NCBI GenBank assembly: GCA_007130585.1
Contig: SLSE01000030.1
Span: 4,267 to 68,266 of the forward strand
DNA: 64,000 bases
DNA from: Syntrophomonadaceae bacterium
Lineage (GTDB): Bacteria > Bacillota > Dethiobacteria > DTU022
Reading direction: 5' to 3'
The notes under the pieces were generated by a model that had not been told where the DNA came from, ran no database searches, and saw only the letters and a program-made list of their open reading frames with translations. The position numbers were made by a program, and so were the translations under genes. Below are positions 47,799 to 58,170 of this stretch, piece after piece; position 1 is the first letter of the stretch; every line of letters starts with the position of its first letter.

Positions 47799-48263
47799 GT
47801 GTATAAGGCTAAAGATATTATGAGCGCTCCGGCTGTCAGTGTAGATGGTGAAGAAACCCTCCGGGAAGCTATTGAAACACTGGCCGAGAAAAAGATCAGC
47901 GGGCTGCCGGTGGTGGACGACCAGAACAATGTGATCGGAATTATATCGGATACAGATATTATCCGTTATTCTCAGAAACTAAATGTTGTGCCTCATGCCA
48001 CCCTATCCGGCTGGGTTTCCCCGTACACCGATATAGAAGACCTGGCCAGCATGCGCAAAGGTTATGAGCTGCTGGGCACCACCAGGATAAAAAATATTAT
48101 GACTAAAAAAGTGCATACCACCCATGAAGATACTGATGCCGGCGAAGTGGCCAGGCTTATGAGCAAGCGTAATATTAACCGCGTGCCGGTGGTTGACAGC
48201 GAAGGCAAGCTGGTGGGCATCGTAACCAGGGCTGACATGGTGCAGTGCATGGCTAAATTTTAG
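47799..48263 (+). CDS. CBS domain pair protein
   Basis: Two CBS motifs (VSVDGEETLREAIETLAEKKISGLPVVD; VHTTHEDTDAGEVARLMSKRNINRVPVVD), 154 aa. Confidence 0.8.
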   Translation: MYKAKDIMSAPAVSVDGEETLREAIETLAEKKISGLPVVDDQNNVIGIISDTDIIRYSQKLNVVPHATLSGWVSPYTDIEDLASMRKGYELLGTTRIKNIMTKKVHTTHEDTDAGEVARLMSKRNINRVPVVDSEGKLVGIVTRADMVQCMAKF

Positions 48264-48265
48264 CG

Positions 48266-49735
48266 TTGAAAGATGAGCGATTGGAAGTGCGCAGCGCAAA
48301 AAGGCAACATTCAAAGCAGGGCGGTATAAATAACCGCCTTTTTAAACTAAAGCTGTTGGCCGCAACCTGGACCGGGAAAATGCTCATTTCCCTTACCAGG
48401 GTTCTGGGACGGGGCGGGACCACCCTGCCCGGCAGAACGGCTCTAAAAATTGCCCCGCATCTTTCCTCTTCCCTTACCAACATGCTCCCTGAAGGAAGCC
48501 TTATAGTGAGCGGAACCAACGGCAAGACCACAACTTCCGCCCTGATAACAGGGATCTTAAAGGAAGCCGGCTTTAAATGCGTCCACAACCAATCCGGCTC
48601 CAATATGTCCTGGGGCGTAGCCTCCTCCCTGGTTGCCGCCGCTACCTGGACAGGGCGGCTGCCGGGAGACTGGGCCGTCATGGAAGTGGACGAAGGCGCT
48701 TTCCCGGGAGTAGCCCGGGATATCAGGCCGCGCGGCGTGGTAATTACAAATGTCTTCCGCGATCAACTGGACCGTTACGGCGAGGTCGACCATGTTCTGG
48801 AAGCAATCAGAAGGGGCCTGGATATTCAACCTGAAGACGGGTTTGAAGTTATTAACGCCGATGACCCGTCACTGGTCAGCATTGCAGCAAAGAGCGGGAA
48901 AAAGCGATGGTCATACGGCCTGGAAATCGACCTGCCCGAAGACACTTTTGAGAACACCGGCCGGGATATAAAAAGCTGTCCCGTCTGTAAGGAAAAACTG
49001 TCCTATGAAAAAATCTACTTCGCTCACCTGGGCCACTACCGCTGCCCTTCCTGCGGGTACAGCCGGCAGGAACCGGATGTAAAGCTGACCGGCATGGAAA
49101 AAACCTCCGACGGCAAAACACTGCTTCAAATCAGCCTGCCCGGCGAAAATATAGAAATTACATTCCCGCTGCTCGGCACTTACAATCTTTACAACCTGCT
49201 GGCTGCCGTAACCTGCGCCCGGGCGCTGAACATAGAAACGGGATCAATAGCCGGCGCCCTGGAGAAATCTGCACCCTCATTTGGCAGAATGGAGCTCTTC
49301 GAACTGGAAGGCAAAACCGTGGTCATGGCCTTAATAAAGAACCCTGTCGGGGCAAACGAAGTTTTAAGAACAATCCTGTCTCAGCCCGATCAGATCAGCC
49401 TGCTGGTAGCCATAAATGATAAAATTGCCGACGGCACTGATGTATCATGGTTATGGGATGTCGATTTCGAGCAGCTCGCTTCGATTAAAAACCGGCTTTC
49501 CGGCCTGACTGTATCAGGGTTGAGGGCTCATGATATGGCCGTGCGGTTTAAATACGCCGGGCTTGAGCCGGCACAGGTAGAAATCAGGGATAACATGGCA
49601 GAGGCAATCGGGCAAGCGGTGGAAAAAGCCGTCCCCGGGGGCAAAATCTTTATTCTGCCCACTTATACGGCCATGCTTGAAATGCGCCGCATCCTGAACC
49701 GGATGGGCCTGGGTAAACCCTACTGGGAGGAATAA
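48266..49735 (+). CDS. murT: lipid II isoglutaminyl synthase, Mur-ligase-like subunit MurT
   Basis: Mur ligase central domain (VSGTNGKTTTSALI), a Cys4 zinc ribbon CPVC...CPSC, and a C-terminal DUF1727. TTG start in the ORF track; a later ATG (MLISLT) is also possible. Confidence 0.85.
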   Translation: MKDERLEVRSAKRQHSKQGGINNRLFKLKLLAATWTGKMLISLTRVLGRGGTTLPGRTALKIAPHLSSSLTNMLPEGSLIVSGTNGKTTTSALITGILKEAGFKCVHNQSGSNMSWGVASSLVAAATWTGRLPGDWAVMEVDEGAFPGVARDIRPRGVVITNVFRDQLDRYGEVDHVLEAIRRGLDIQPEDGFEVINADDPSLVSIAAKSGKKRWSYGLEIDLPEDTFENTGRDIKSCPVCKEKLSYEKIYFAHLGHYRCPSCGYSRQEPDVKLTGMEKTSDGKTLLQISLPGENIEITFPLLGTYNLYNLLAAVTCARALNIETGSIAGALEKSAPSFGRMELFELEGKTVVMALIKNPVGANEVLRTILSQPDQISLLVAINDKIADGTDVSWLWDVDFEQLASIKNRLSGLTVSGLRAHDMAVRFKYAGLEPAQVEIRDNMAEAIGQAVEKAVPGGKIFILPTYTAMLEMRRILNRMGLGKPYWEE

Positions 49736-49737
49736 CG

Positions 49738-50499
49738 ATGGCTGCAATACGAATCTATCATCTTTATCCCGCACACTTAAATCTTTACGGTGACCGGGGC
49801 AATATGCTGGCTCTTTGCCGCAGGGCCGAATGGCACGGGATCGGTGTAGAGATTATTCCTGTCGAACCGGGCGGCAGGATCGATTTTGCCCGTTGTGACC
49901 TGCTTTTTATGGGTGGCGGCCAGGACAGCGATCAAAAGCTTGTAGCCGAAGACTTAAAAAGCCGCAAGAGCGAGATGCGGCAGGCCGTTGAAGGCGGCAT
50001 GACTGTATTCGCCGTCTGCGGCTCATACCAGCTGCTCGGCCAGTATTATATTACCGGCAGCGGCGAAAAAATCGAAGGCCTGGAAATTGCCGGCCTCTAC
50101 ACGGAAGCGGGGCCAAAAAGGCTGATCGGTAATGCGGTAATCAACTGCCCGTTGTGGAAACCGCCCCGGACCCTGGTGGGTTTTGAAAACCACGCCGGGC
50201 GGACATACCTGGAACCGGGACTGGAGCCCCTGGGCAAAGTCATAATCGGAGCCGGCAATAACGGCACTGATAAAACAGAAGGCGCCGTTTACAAAAATGT
50301 AATCGGCACCTACCTGCACGGTTCGCTGCTTCCCAAAAATCCCTGGCTGACAGACTACCTGCTGGAAAAAGCCCTCAGTTTCCGAAACCAGGAATTTAAA
50401 CCCGCGGAACTCGACGATTCCATGGAGCATCAGGCTCATGATGCCGCAATCAGGCTGGCCGGTTCACGCCGCCACAGGCGGCTTTCGACCAGGGCCTGA
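49738..50499 (+). CDS. gatD: lipid II isoglutaminyl synthase glutaminase subunit GatD (CobB/CobQ-like GATase)
   Basis: 253 aa reading MAAIRIYHLYPAHLNLYGDRGN...FMGGGQD...AVCGSYQLLG with the catalytic Cys. It directly follows murT. Confidence 0.85.
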   Translation: MAAIRIYHLYPAHLNLYGDRGNMLALCRRAEWHGIGVEIIPVEPGGRIDFARCDLLFMGGGQDSDQKLVAEDLKSRKSEMRQAVEGGMTVFAVCGSYQLLGQYYITGSGEKIEGLEIAGLYTEAGPKRLIGNAVINCPLWKPPRTLVGFENHAGRTYLEPGLEPLGKVIIGAGNNGTDKTEGAVYKNVIGTYLHGSLLPKNPWLTDYLLEKALSFRNQEFKPAELDDSMEHQAHDAAIRLAGSRRHRRLSTRA

Positions 50500-50520
50500 A
50501 ATCGTCCGGTCCGGTTTTTT

Positions 50521-51480
50521 TTATAGTTCGATCAGGTATTCAATTTCAGCTTCTTCGTAAAGATTCTGAACCAGTTCATTGATCACTACAGACATGTTGT
50601 CTTCAACCATGGCCTCTTCAACCTGATCCGCCACGTCTTCATAGGCAACATCCCCGGCCTCAACCCGGTCGAGCACCTCGATAATATGAAAGCCGAAACC
50701 GGTCTCTACGGGATCGCTGACTTGACCTACCTCAAGAGAAAAGGCCGCTTCTTCAAACTCCTCCACCATTCTGCCCCTGCCGAAAAACCCGAGGTAGCCT
50801 CCGTCATTTTTATTGGATGTGTCGGTTGAATAATCGGCAGCAAGGTCAACGAAATCTTCGCCCCCGTCAAGCAGGGCCAGGACCTCTTTTGCTTCCGTCT
50901 CGGTTTCAACCAGGATATGCCTGGCTTCCACTTCCTCTTCCTGGTCAAACATATAGCGGTGTTCTTCAAAATACTCCCGGGCCTGCTCTTCGGAAGTGTC
51001 AATCCTTGTCCTGGCCACTTTACGGACCAGCAGGTTAAGCCGGGCATCTTCCCTGAAAGCCTCAAGGGAAATCCCGTATTGCTCCAGGACCATCTCAAAT
51101 TGTTCCCGGTTACCCTGGAAGTTTTCGGCAACGATCGATTCGATTTCTTCATCCAGCTCGGGTTCAGTAACAGCAATACCTTCACTGTCGGCCAGCTGAA
51201 TGATCAAATGCCTGGTAATTAACTGATCCAGCGCTTCCTGTCCTCCCTGGGAATACATCTGGTCAAATAATTGATCCCGGGTGATCGGATCGCCGTTAAC
51301 AGTGGCAACTAATTCTCCCCGTTCCCCCTGCGGGCCTGCCGCGGGTTGCTGCGCGAGCAATACTGCCAGGATCACTACGGCTGCCGCCAGGACGGCAACC
51401 GCTCCCAGAAGAAACTGCGGTTTCATAAAAACCTGCAGACGTTCACTAAAAGATACACTTTTATTTTCCAAAAACTTCAC
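50521..51480 (-). CDS. peptidyl-prolyl cis-trans isomerase, parvulin-type (PrsA/SurA-like foldase)
   Basis: N-terminal signal/TM, a SurA N-like region, and a PpiC domain ARHILV...[41 protein letters not shown]. Confidence 0.8.
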   Translation of the reverse strand: MKFLENKSVSFSERLQVFMKPQFLLGAVAVLAAAVVILAVLLAQQPAAGPQGERGELVATVNGDPITRDQLFDQMYSQGGQEALDQLITRHLIIQLADSEGIAVTEPELDEEIESIVAENFQGNREQFEMVLEQYGISLEAFREDARLNLLVRKVARTRIDTSEEQAREYFEEHRYMFDQEEEVEARHILVETETEAKEVLALLDGGEDFVDLAADYSTDTSNKNDGGYLGFFGRGRMVEEFEEAAFSLEVGQVSDPVETGFGFHIIEVLDRVEAGDVAYEDVADQVEEAMVEDNMSVVINELVQNLYEEAEIEYLIEL

Positions 51481-51498
51481 CCCTCTTTTTCCCTTTAA

Positions 51499-52371
51499 CT
51501 AGGGAATTATCTTATTCATCGGAAACTCCAGGATACCTTCCGCGCCCGCTTCCTGCAATTCACAGATCAGGGTGCGGACTTTTTTCTCATCGACAACGCT
51601 TTCCACTGCCACCCACTCATCGGCGCAGAGGTTGGAAATAGTCGGTTTGCGCAGGGCCGGCAGCAGTTCAATAACTTTCTCCAGGTTGCTGCTGTGAACA
51701 TTCATTTTAAGCATAACCTTTTGTTCTGCCAGCAGCGCGCCTTTCAGGAGCGTGATCATCCGTTCAACTTTCTTCCTCTTCCAGGGGTCCCCGTAACTGT
51801 CATGATTCATAATCACGCGGGGCGTGGAAACAAGAATAGTTTCTATTATCCGGAGCTGGTTTGCTTTCAGCGAACGGCCGGTTTCGGTAAGTTCGGCTAT
51901 GGCATCAGCCAGCAGGGGCGGCTTGACTTCTGTTGCCCCCCATGAGAAATTAACCGTGGCATTGACTCCCTTTTCTACAAGGTAACGCCTTGTACTTTCA
52001 ACCAGTTCGGTAGCAATACGCTTGCCTTCCAGGTCTTCCACTTTTTGAATCTTCGAATCCTGTGGCACTGCCAGGACCAGGCGCACGGGCCTCAGGCCTC
52101 GTTTCGAATAATGGAGATCTGTCAGCTCCATTACGTCGGCTGCAGTTTCGTTTATCCAGTCTTTTCCTGTCAACCCGACATCAAGAACCTGGTCTTCCAC
52201 GTAACCGGGTATTTCCTGGGCCCGCATCAGAACGCAATCTATTTCATCATCATCAATAAACGGGTAGTAAGAGCGTTCTCCGATCTGAATATTATAGCCG
52301 GCTTTTTTAAATATTTCCAGGGTGGTGCTCTGCAGGCTGCCGGCCGGCAGGCCCAGCTTCAACTTATTCAT
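51499..52371 (-). CDS. hisG: ATP phosphoribosyltransferase, long form with C-terminal regulatory domain
   Basis: [11 protein letters not shown]...LGLTGKDWI...[14 protein letters not shown]...[20 protein letters not shown] matches long HisG. Start taken at the internal M (MNKLKL). Confidence 0.85.
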   Translation of the reverse strand: MNKLKLGLPAGSLQSTTLEIFKKAGYNIQIGERSYYPFIDDDEIDCVLMRAQEIPGYVEDQVLDVGLTGKDWINETAADVMELTDLHYSKRGLRPVRLVLAVPQDSKIQKVEDLEGKRIATELVESTRRYLVEKGVNATVNFSWGATEVKPPLLADAIAELTETGRSLKANQLRIIETILVSTPRVIMNHDSYGDPWKRKKVERMITLLKGALLAEQKVMLKMNVHSSNLEKVIELLPALRKPTISNLCADEWVAVESVVDEKKVRTLICELQEAGAEGILEFPMNKIIP

Positions 52372-52611
52372 AACACTCGCTCCTTTAAGTTGTGAGTATT
52401 CATAAGGTAGCATGTTGATTGAAGGCTGTCAATGAGCGGGCTCAGCTTTTCAGCTTTTAACAGGCGCTGGAAGGCCGCCGGGGAAAAACAGCACCCCTGC
52501 AAAAAGAAAGCGCCGGCAGTCACCATGGCGCACTATAAGTTTACACAATGGCAGGAGATAAAGCAGGTTTTAAAGAATAATGTTCAGCAGCTAATTTAAG
52601 GAGGCTGTTTA

Positions 52612-53958
52612 ATGAGCCAGAGTGAAATGAGCCGGGCAAAACGGCACCTGGAAACTACCCGCAAAATGAAAGAAATGCTGCCCCGCTTTTTTATGCGCCA
52701 GATGGAGCGGCGTTTCAGCGGAACCGAACCGCTGGCCTGGTGCATGGTCGGGGTGCCCCCGGAACTGCTGAAAGCTTTTGACCTGCTTTTTGAGTGGCCG
52801 GAAAATTTCGGTACAATGTGCGCCAGCAGGCTGGTTGCACCGCATTTTATCGAAGTGGCCGAGGGGGACGGCTATTCACAGGAATTATGTTCCTATGTAA
52901 CCAACACGATGGGTTATTGCAAACTTACCAAAGACAGCGGGGAACCTCCCCAGGAGTCGCCTTTGCCGGGCGGAATGGGAACCCCTTCAATGCTGCTCGG
53001 GTCGGGATTTATCTGCGAACCGCGCTGGAAATGGTTCCAGTCGATAGCCACCCGCTTTTTTGATGTTCCCGTTTACAGCAGCGATCCCCTGGCGCCGCCC
53101 TGGGATATTGACCCGCATGATCCGCGCATTGAAAACCACTACCTGACTTTACTGAGGGAAGACCTGGCCGGACAGATAGAGTTCCTGGAAAAACACACCG
53201 GCAAAAAACTTGATACCGACCTGCTGCGGGAAACCCTGGCCCTGTCACACGAAGCCCTCGGATACTGGCGCGATACCCTCGCCCTGCGAAAAGCCGTGCC
53301 CTGCCCGATGGGGTCTACCGATTATTTTCACTCGATTATACCCCAGATGTACCTGGTCGGCGACCGGGAGGCCGTCGATTTTTACAAAGAGATGTATGAT
53401 GAGGTAAAAGACCGGGTTGATCGCGGTATAGGTATTGCCGAAGAGGAAAAGTACCGCCTGATCTGGTTCGGACTGCCGCCCTGGTTCAACATGGGCATAT
53501 TTAATTACCTGGAATCGCTGGGCGCTGTAGTTGCGTACGAGTCAACTTACAATGTGGGCGATTATTTTGAAGTTGACTTAAGCGATCCCCTGGAAGCGCT
53601 GGTCAGGCGGACCTGGCAGCGGGCCGTAAAAATGCACGACTACGGTGCGGAAACAATGCCCGAACTCTGCAACCCTGCGGTATTCGGCGGCTTTTCGGGA
53701 AGCAGCGTACTAGAAGAGCTGGTTGAAGACTACAGTTTAAGTGGCGCCCTGATGCACCTGACCCGTTCCTGCCGGGCCGTATCATTCGGTGAAGTACATA
53801 CCAAAAACAGGCTGGCCGGGCTGGGCGTTCCTTCCCTGATCTTCGAAAGCGATATGGCCGATCCCCGCCTCTGGTCGGATGCCCAGATTAAAACCAGGCT
53901 GCACGCCTTCCTGGAAACAATGGACAAAGCGGCAAAGGGAGGAAATAATAATGACTGA
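52612..53958 (+). CDS. 2-hydroxyacyl-CoA dehydratase / benzoyl-CoA reductase BcrC-BadD-HgdB family subunit
   Basis: 448 aa in the HgdB/BcrC family (conserved Cys pattern, e.g. the LCSYV region). It overlaps the next gene as ATGACTGA. Confidence 0.75.
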   Translation: MSQSEMSRAKRHLETTRKMKEMLPRFFMRQMERRFSGTEPLAWCMVGVPPELLKAFDLLFEWPENFGTMCASRLVAPHFIEVAEGDGYSQELCSYVTNTMGYCKLTKDSGEPPQESPLPGGMGTPSMLLGSGFICEPRWKWFQSIATRFFDVPVYSSDPLAPPWDIDPHDPRIENHYLTLLREDLAGQIEFLEKHTGKKLDTDLLRETLALSHEALGYWRDTLALRKAVPCPMGSTDYFHSIIPQMYLVGDREAVDFYKEMYDEVKDRVDRGIGIAEEEKYRLIWFGLPPWFNMGIFNYLESLGAVVAYESTYNVGDYFEVDLSDPLEALVRRTWQRAVKMHDYGAETMPELCNPAVFGGFSGSSVLEELVEDYSLSGALMHLTRSCRAVSFGEVHTKNRLAGLGVPSLIFESDMADPRLWSDAQIKTRLHAFLETMDKAAKGGNNND

Positions 53959-55090
53959 TCGTTTAAATGCTGCCAACCGGTCCACGAAACAGGCGGAAGA
54001 GAGCGAAAACAGGATCCGGCGCATTAAGGCGGAAAGCGGCAAACCCGTAATCGGCTACCTCTGCTGCTTCGCTCCCCCGGAAATTATCAGCGCTTCCGGA
54101 GCGCTTCCCTTCCGTATCACGGGGCGCCCCGGGGAAGACAATTCGGCGGCGGACGCTTATGTTGAACCCTATGGCTGCACCTATGTGCGCAATATCCTGG
54201 CCCGGGCAGTAAAAGGCGAGCTTGACTTCCTGGACGGCCTGGTCATATCACACAGCTGTGACATGGTTCAGCGGCTTTATGGAATCTGGACTTATTATCA
54301 CCCCCTGCCCTATTCGTACATGTTCAATGTCCCGCACCAGGTCAGCCCCTGGGGACAGGACTTTTTTAAACGGGAACTCGCTTTTTTCTGGGAAAGCCTG
54401 GAAAAATTCACCGGGGGAAAAATCACTGCTGAATCCCTAAAAGAAACCACCGCTGTCTTTAATCGCAACCGCTCGCTGGTGCGGGAGCTGTACGATATTC
54501 GAAAAGAAGCAATCCCCCCGGTCGAAGGCAGCGAAATACTTGATCTGCTGATCGAAGGAGGTTCTCTCCCCCCGGAATATTTCACAACCCTGCTCGAGGA
54601 AAAACTTGCCGTGATAAAAAAACGCCCTCGCGGTACGGTAAGAGCGCCCAGGCTTATGGTATGGGGCAGCATCATGGACGACCCCTCCCTGCTGCGGATG
54701 ATCGAAGAAGCCGGGGGCAGGGTAGTTGCCGACGATACCTGTATCGGCTTCCGGGTCTGGGAAAAAGATGTTCCTGTTACGGAAGATCCCTTAGACGGTT
54801 TCACAGAACATTACTTTGTAAACTTTCAGTGCCCCAGAACGGATCGCGGACCCGGCACGGGACGCTTTGACTACCTGCTGCAAAGGGCAAGGGAATACAA
54901 TGCAGACGGAATAATCGGCTACTGCATATCTTTCTGCGATCCTCACAAATTTGATTACCCCGACCTGCGTGACTACCTGAAAGCAGCCGGGCTGCCCATG
55001 CTCCTAATTGACGACAACTACAGTTTCGAGCCCGCTGGTTCAATAAAGACAAGGCTGCAGGCGTTCATAGAAATGATCGGGGCGGGTTGA
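53951..55090 (+). CDS. 2-hydroxyacyl-CoA dehydratase family subunit (HgdA-like)
   Basis: Start at ATG 53951 (MTDRLNAANR; SD AAGGGAGG), 8-nt overlap with the upstream partner. Same family, second subunit. Confidence 0.75.
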   Translation: MTDRLNAANRSTKQAEESENRIRRIKAESGKPVIGYLCCFAPPEIISASGALPFRITGRPGEDNSAADAYVEPYGCTYVRNILARAVKGELDFLDGLVISHSCDMVQRLYGIWTYYHPLPYSYMFNVPHQVSPWGQDFFKRELAFFWESLEKFTGGKITAESLKETTAVFNRNRSLVRELYDIRKEAIPPVEGSEILDLLIEGGSLPPEYFTTLLEEKLAVIKKRPRGTVRAPRLMVWGSIMDDPSLLRMIEEAGGRVVADDTCIGFRVWEKDVPVTEDPLDGFTEHYFVNFQCPRTDRGPGTGRFDYLLQRAREYNADGIIGYCISFCDPHKFDYPDLRDYLKAAGLPMLLIDDNYSFEPAGSIKTRLQAFIEMIGAG

Positions 55091-55300
55091 TTCAGCCTGC
55101 GCCCTCCTGCCTTTCCGCCATTGCTTCGCCATCATGGATTGCAGTACTGCAGACTAAAAACAGCCGGTTTAAACAGCCACGCGATGCAATCAGTTTTGAC
55201 AATTTAGCGCTTCCAGGTAAATTTTTGTTGTGCTGCCGCCTAAAATATGAGAAAATATTACCATTCATTTTCAGGCCTCCAGTTATAGCAGCAAAGGTGT

Positions 55301-56542
55301 GTGATTGCATTGCCGTTAATCGTTCAAAAATTCGGGGGATCATCAGTAGCCACCACAGATCATATCAGGCGTGTGGCAATGGGAGTTGCGTCGACTAAAA
55401 TAAAGGGAAACCGGGTTGCCGTGGTTGTTTCGGCAATGGGCGGCCAAACCGACCATTTGCTGGAACTGGCTGCCGAAATTACCGATAATCCTCCCGGCAG
55501 GGAACAGGATGCCCTGGTTGCAACGGGAGAACAGGTCTGTGCCGCCCTGATGGCGATTACACTGGAGAGCCTTGGACACAGGGCAAAATCCATGATGGGA
55601 CTTCACCTTCCCCTGATAACCGATCACGTCCACACCCGGGCCCGCATAACCGACCTGCAAACCGAAAACATAAGTAAGATCCTGGACGAGGATATCATCC
55701 CCGTTGTTACAGGGTTCCAGGGGGTAACTGAGGATGGCAGTATCAGTACCCTGGGACGCGGAGGTTCTGATACAACGGCTGTAGCCCTGGCGGCTGCGCT
55801 TAAAGCAGACTGCTGTGAAATATATACTGATGTAGATGGAGTATACACCGCAGATCCGGGGATCTGCCCCAGGGCCAGGCACATAAACAGGATCTCCTAC
55901 CAGGAGATGCTCGAACTGGCAGGACTGGGAGCGAAGGTCCTGCACAGCCGTTCAGTTGAACTTGCCCAAAAATTCCAGGTGCCCCTTGTAGTTAAATCCT
56001 CATTCGGCGGGGACAGGCATACCTGGATTGTCAACGAGGAGGACGTTATGGAAAACTCAGTTATTAAGGGAGTAACCCTTGAACGAAACGTTTCTAAAAT
56101 ATCACTGCTCCGGGTACCGGATCGCCCGGGAATTGCCCATCAGATATTATCCCCGCTGGCTGAAGCTGCTATTAACGTAGATATGATCATACAAAATGCC
56201 AGCATCGACGGCTATACCGACTTTACCTTCACCATTCCGACAACTGATTTGTCTAAAGCCAAGAAGCTGGTTGAGAAAGTTGCAGCTGACATTGACGCCC
56301 TGGATATGCTTGCCGCCAACAACATTGTTAAGGTTTCAGCGGTGGGCATCGGCATTAAAACAAACCCCGGCGTAGCCGCCCGGATGTTTAAATCACTTTC
56401 GGCAGAAAATATTAACATCGAGATGATCAGCACTTCCGAGTACCGGATCTCCTGCGTGATCGAAGAAAAATACGGCGAACTGGCTGTCAGGGCGGTGCAC
56501 AATGCATTCGGACTCGACAATGCCGTGAACCGCGAAGATTGA
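55301..56542 (+). CDS. lysC: aspartate kinase
   Basis: VQKFGGSSV...VVVSAMGGQTD amino-acid kinase domain plus two C-terminal ACT domains. GTG start. Confidence 0.9.
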   Translation: MIALPLIVQKFGGSSVATTDHIRRVAMGVASTKIKGNRVAVVVSAMGGQTDHLLELAAEITDNPPGREQDALVATGEQVCAALMAITLESLGHRAKSMMGLHLPLITDHVHTRARITDLQTENISKILDEDIIPVVTGFQGVTEDGSISTLGRGGSDTTAVALAAALKADCCEIYTDVDGVYTADPGICPRARHINRISYQEMLELAGLGAKVLHSRSVELAQKFQVPLVVKSSFGGDRHTWIVNEEDVMENSVIKGVTLERNVSKISLLRVPDRPGIAHQILSPLAEAAINVDMIIQNASIDGYTDFTFTIPTTDLSKAKKLVEKVAADIDALDMLAANNIVKVSAVGIGIKTNPGVAARMFKSLSAENINIEMISTSEYRISCVIEEKYGELAVRAVHNAFGLDNAVNRED

Positions 56543-56560
56543 CTTTAGACCCTTTACCCC

Positions 56561-57559
56561 ATGGCAGGATATGCACTGCCGGGCGTAAACGGCGGGAGTA
56601 TAAGGCAAAGAGGTGATATCTTGATGAGCGATCCCCGGACAGGCCGCCTGTGGAACGGGTTCTGGCAAATTGCCGACCCGAAAATTTGGATTGCCTCGAC
56701 CATACCGATGGCGGTGGGCGGAGCGATCGCCTATGCCCACCTGGAAAGCTTCAGCTGGTGGTGGTTTTTTGTGGGCGCAGTTGCGATCTACTTGCTGGAA
56801 ATCGGGAAAAATGCCGTTAACGAGTATATCGATTACCTGAGCGGTGTCGACCGCTTTGTCTCCGCCGACAAAAGAACTCCGTTCAGCGGCGGGAAAAAAA
56901 CAATTATAGACGGCAAGCTGTCGCTGGCAGAAAACCTGGTTATAGCAATTATTACCATAAGCGCCGGGTCCCTGATCGGTTTCTATGTCGTCCTGGCCAG
57001 GGATTTTAATGTTATCTGGTTTGGCCTGGCCGGAGTCTTTTTTGCTGTTTTTTACAGCCTCCCGCCCCTGAAGTTTTCCTACCGGGGATTTGGCGAGGCA
57101 GTGGTCGGTTTTACTTTCGGCCCACTGATCACCACGGGCACTTACCTGGTTCAAACTCACACTATTTCCCCCGAAGTAGTCCTGGCTTCAATTCCCCTGG
57201 GTTTTATTATTGCCAATGTCCTCTGGATCAACCAGTACCCCGATTATGAAGCCGACCTGAAGGGCGGTAAAATGAACGGGGTGGTTCGCCTGGGCAAAGA
57301 AAAGGCTGTCAGCATATATGCCCTCCTTTTCGGGCTGGCCTATATCTCGCTGGTGCTGCTTGCTGTTTTCAGCCTCAATGTTTTTTGGCTGCTGCCCCTG
57401 GCAAGCCTCCCCCTCTCCTACAGGGCAATTATTGTTGCCCGCAGGCACTTCAATGATATTCCCAGGTTGATTGAAGCAAACGTTAAAACAATCCAGGTTT
57501 ACCAGCTTACCGGCCTGACCATGGTTGCGGCGGCGCTGCTCCCGCTTTTGTTCAAATAA
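56561..57559 (+). CDS. UbiA-family aromatic prenyltransferase (MenA-like)
   Basis: 8-9 TM helices; Asp-rich motif NEYIDYLSGVD. Start may be the internal M at 56621. Confidence 0.7.
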   Translation: MAGYALPGVNGGSIRQRGDILMSDPRTGRLWNGFWQIADPKIWIASTIPMAVGGAIAYAHLESFSWWWFFVGAVAIYLLEIGKNAVNEYIDYLSGVDRFVSADKRTPFSGGKKTIIDGKLSLAENLVIAIITISAGSLIGFYVVLARDFNVIWFGLAGVFFAVFYSLPPLKFSYRGFGEAVVGFTFGPLITTGTYLVQTHTISPEVVLASIPLGFIIANVLWINQYPDYEADLKGGKMNGVVRLGKEKAVSIYALLFGLAYISLVLLAVFSLNVFWLLPLASLPLSYRAIIVARRHFNDIPRLIEANVKTIQVYQLTGLTMVAAALLPLLFK

Positions 57560-57580
57560 CCCGTAACTTCCCTAAGAAAT

Positions 57581-57616
57581 AAAAAAGCCGGGTTCTAAAA
57601 ACAACCCGGCTTAATT
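57581..57616. terminator. bidirectional rho-independent terminator between ubiA-like (+) and desulforedoxin (-)
   Basis: 9-bp stem AGCCGGGTT / AACCCGGCT (57586-57611) with an 8-nt loop. It is flanked by AAAAAA on the + strand, which reads as U6 for the minus-strand transcript. Confidence 0.7.
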
Positions 57617-57653
57617 CCATATATCCAGAAATCTTAATTTTATTGGATCAGGT

Positions 57654-57779
57654 TTACATGTTAGCTTCGGTTACCATTGGCTTGTCACAGCAAACAAGGG
57701 TTCCAACTCCTTCTTCGATAACCCTTACCACATTGGTGCAAACCTGGCATTTATAAACCTCTTCTTTTTTGGTAGCCAT
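57654..57779 (-). CDS. dx: desulforedoxin (41-aa rubredoxin-like FeS4 protein)
   Basis: Not in the ORF track. MATKKEEVYKCQVCTNVVRVIEEGVGTLVCCDKPMVTEANM closely parallels D. gigas desulforedoxin ([28 protein letters not shown]), with the C-x2-C...CC ligand set. SD GGGAGGA 7 nt upstream. Confidence 0.8.
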   Translation of the reverse strand: MATKKEEVYKCQVCTNVVRVIEEGVGTLVCCDKPMVTEANM

Positions 57780-57819
57780 TTATTGTCCTCCCAAGTAAAA
57801 TTGCCGGACAGTAAAATGC

Positions 57820-58143
57820 TTATCCGCACCCTCCGTCACAGCTGCAGTCATTACTTCCCGGGAAAGGATCGGTTATGGAAAACCCGGCCTGCGGGCCTTC
57901 GTGGAAATCTATTTTCTTACCATCAACAAAATTGGCTATACCCTGATCAAAAACTATCTTCACCTCATTAAGATCTTCTACAACATCTTTTCCTTCCTGA
58001 ACCGACTCATCCAGAGTCAGGCCGTACTTCGGCCCTCCTCAGCCAACTCCACTGACATAGATGCGAACATAAGCATCGTTTTTGCCTTCTTCGGCAAGAA
58101 ACTCCTTAAACTTTTCTCTGGCGGCTGTAGTTACCGTTAACAT
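57820..58143 (-). CDS. HesB/IscA-like protein with in-frame UGA (predicted selenocysteine) replacing the first conserved cluster-ligand Cys
   Basis: Not in the ORF track. ATG 58143 (SD GGAGGA) gives MLTVTTAAREKFKEFLAEEGKNDAYVRIYVSGVG-[TGA 58039-58041]-GGPKYGLTLDESVQEGKDVVEDLNEVKIVFDQGIANFVDGKKIDFHEGPQAGFSITDPFPGSNDCSCDGGCG. This is the IscA/HesB fold (R.YV.GxGC/U.G...DGF.I.NPN..C.CG.SF). The reading frame continues cleanly through the UGA for 72 more codons. Confidence 0.75.
58004..58038 (-). other. candidate bacterial SECIS element immediately 3' of the UGA
   Basis: Minus-strand RNA reads UGA-GGA-[GGGCCG-AAGUA-CGGCCU]-[GACUC-UGGAU-GAGUC]. Two consecutive hairpins lie at +6..+22 and +23..+37; the second has an apical loop UGGAU containing G/U, at the distance expected for SelB binding. 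Confidence 0.4.
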
Positions 58144-58170
58144 AAAAAATCCTCCTTGTGATCGAAACGT

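Noticed and set aside
55091-55300. Possible lysine (L-box) riboswitch upstream of aspartokinase
   Set aside because: Only ~100 nt separate a TTGACA-type promoter from the start codon, too short for an L-box. No GAGGCGC/AGAGG conserved cores are present on the sense strand.
57901-58140. 79-aa + strand ORF listed in the track
   Set aside because: It lies antisense to the HesB-like selenoprotein gene and is an AT-skewed low-complexity peptide. The minus strand carries a real gene with an SD and family motifs.
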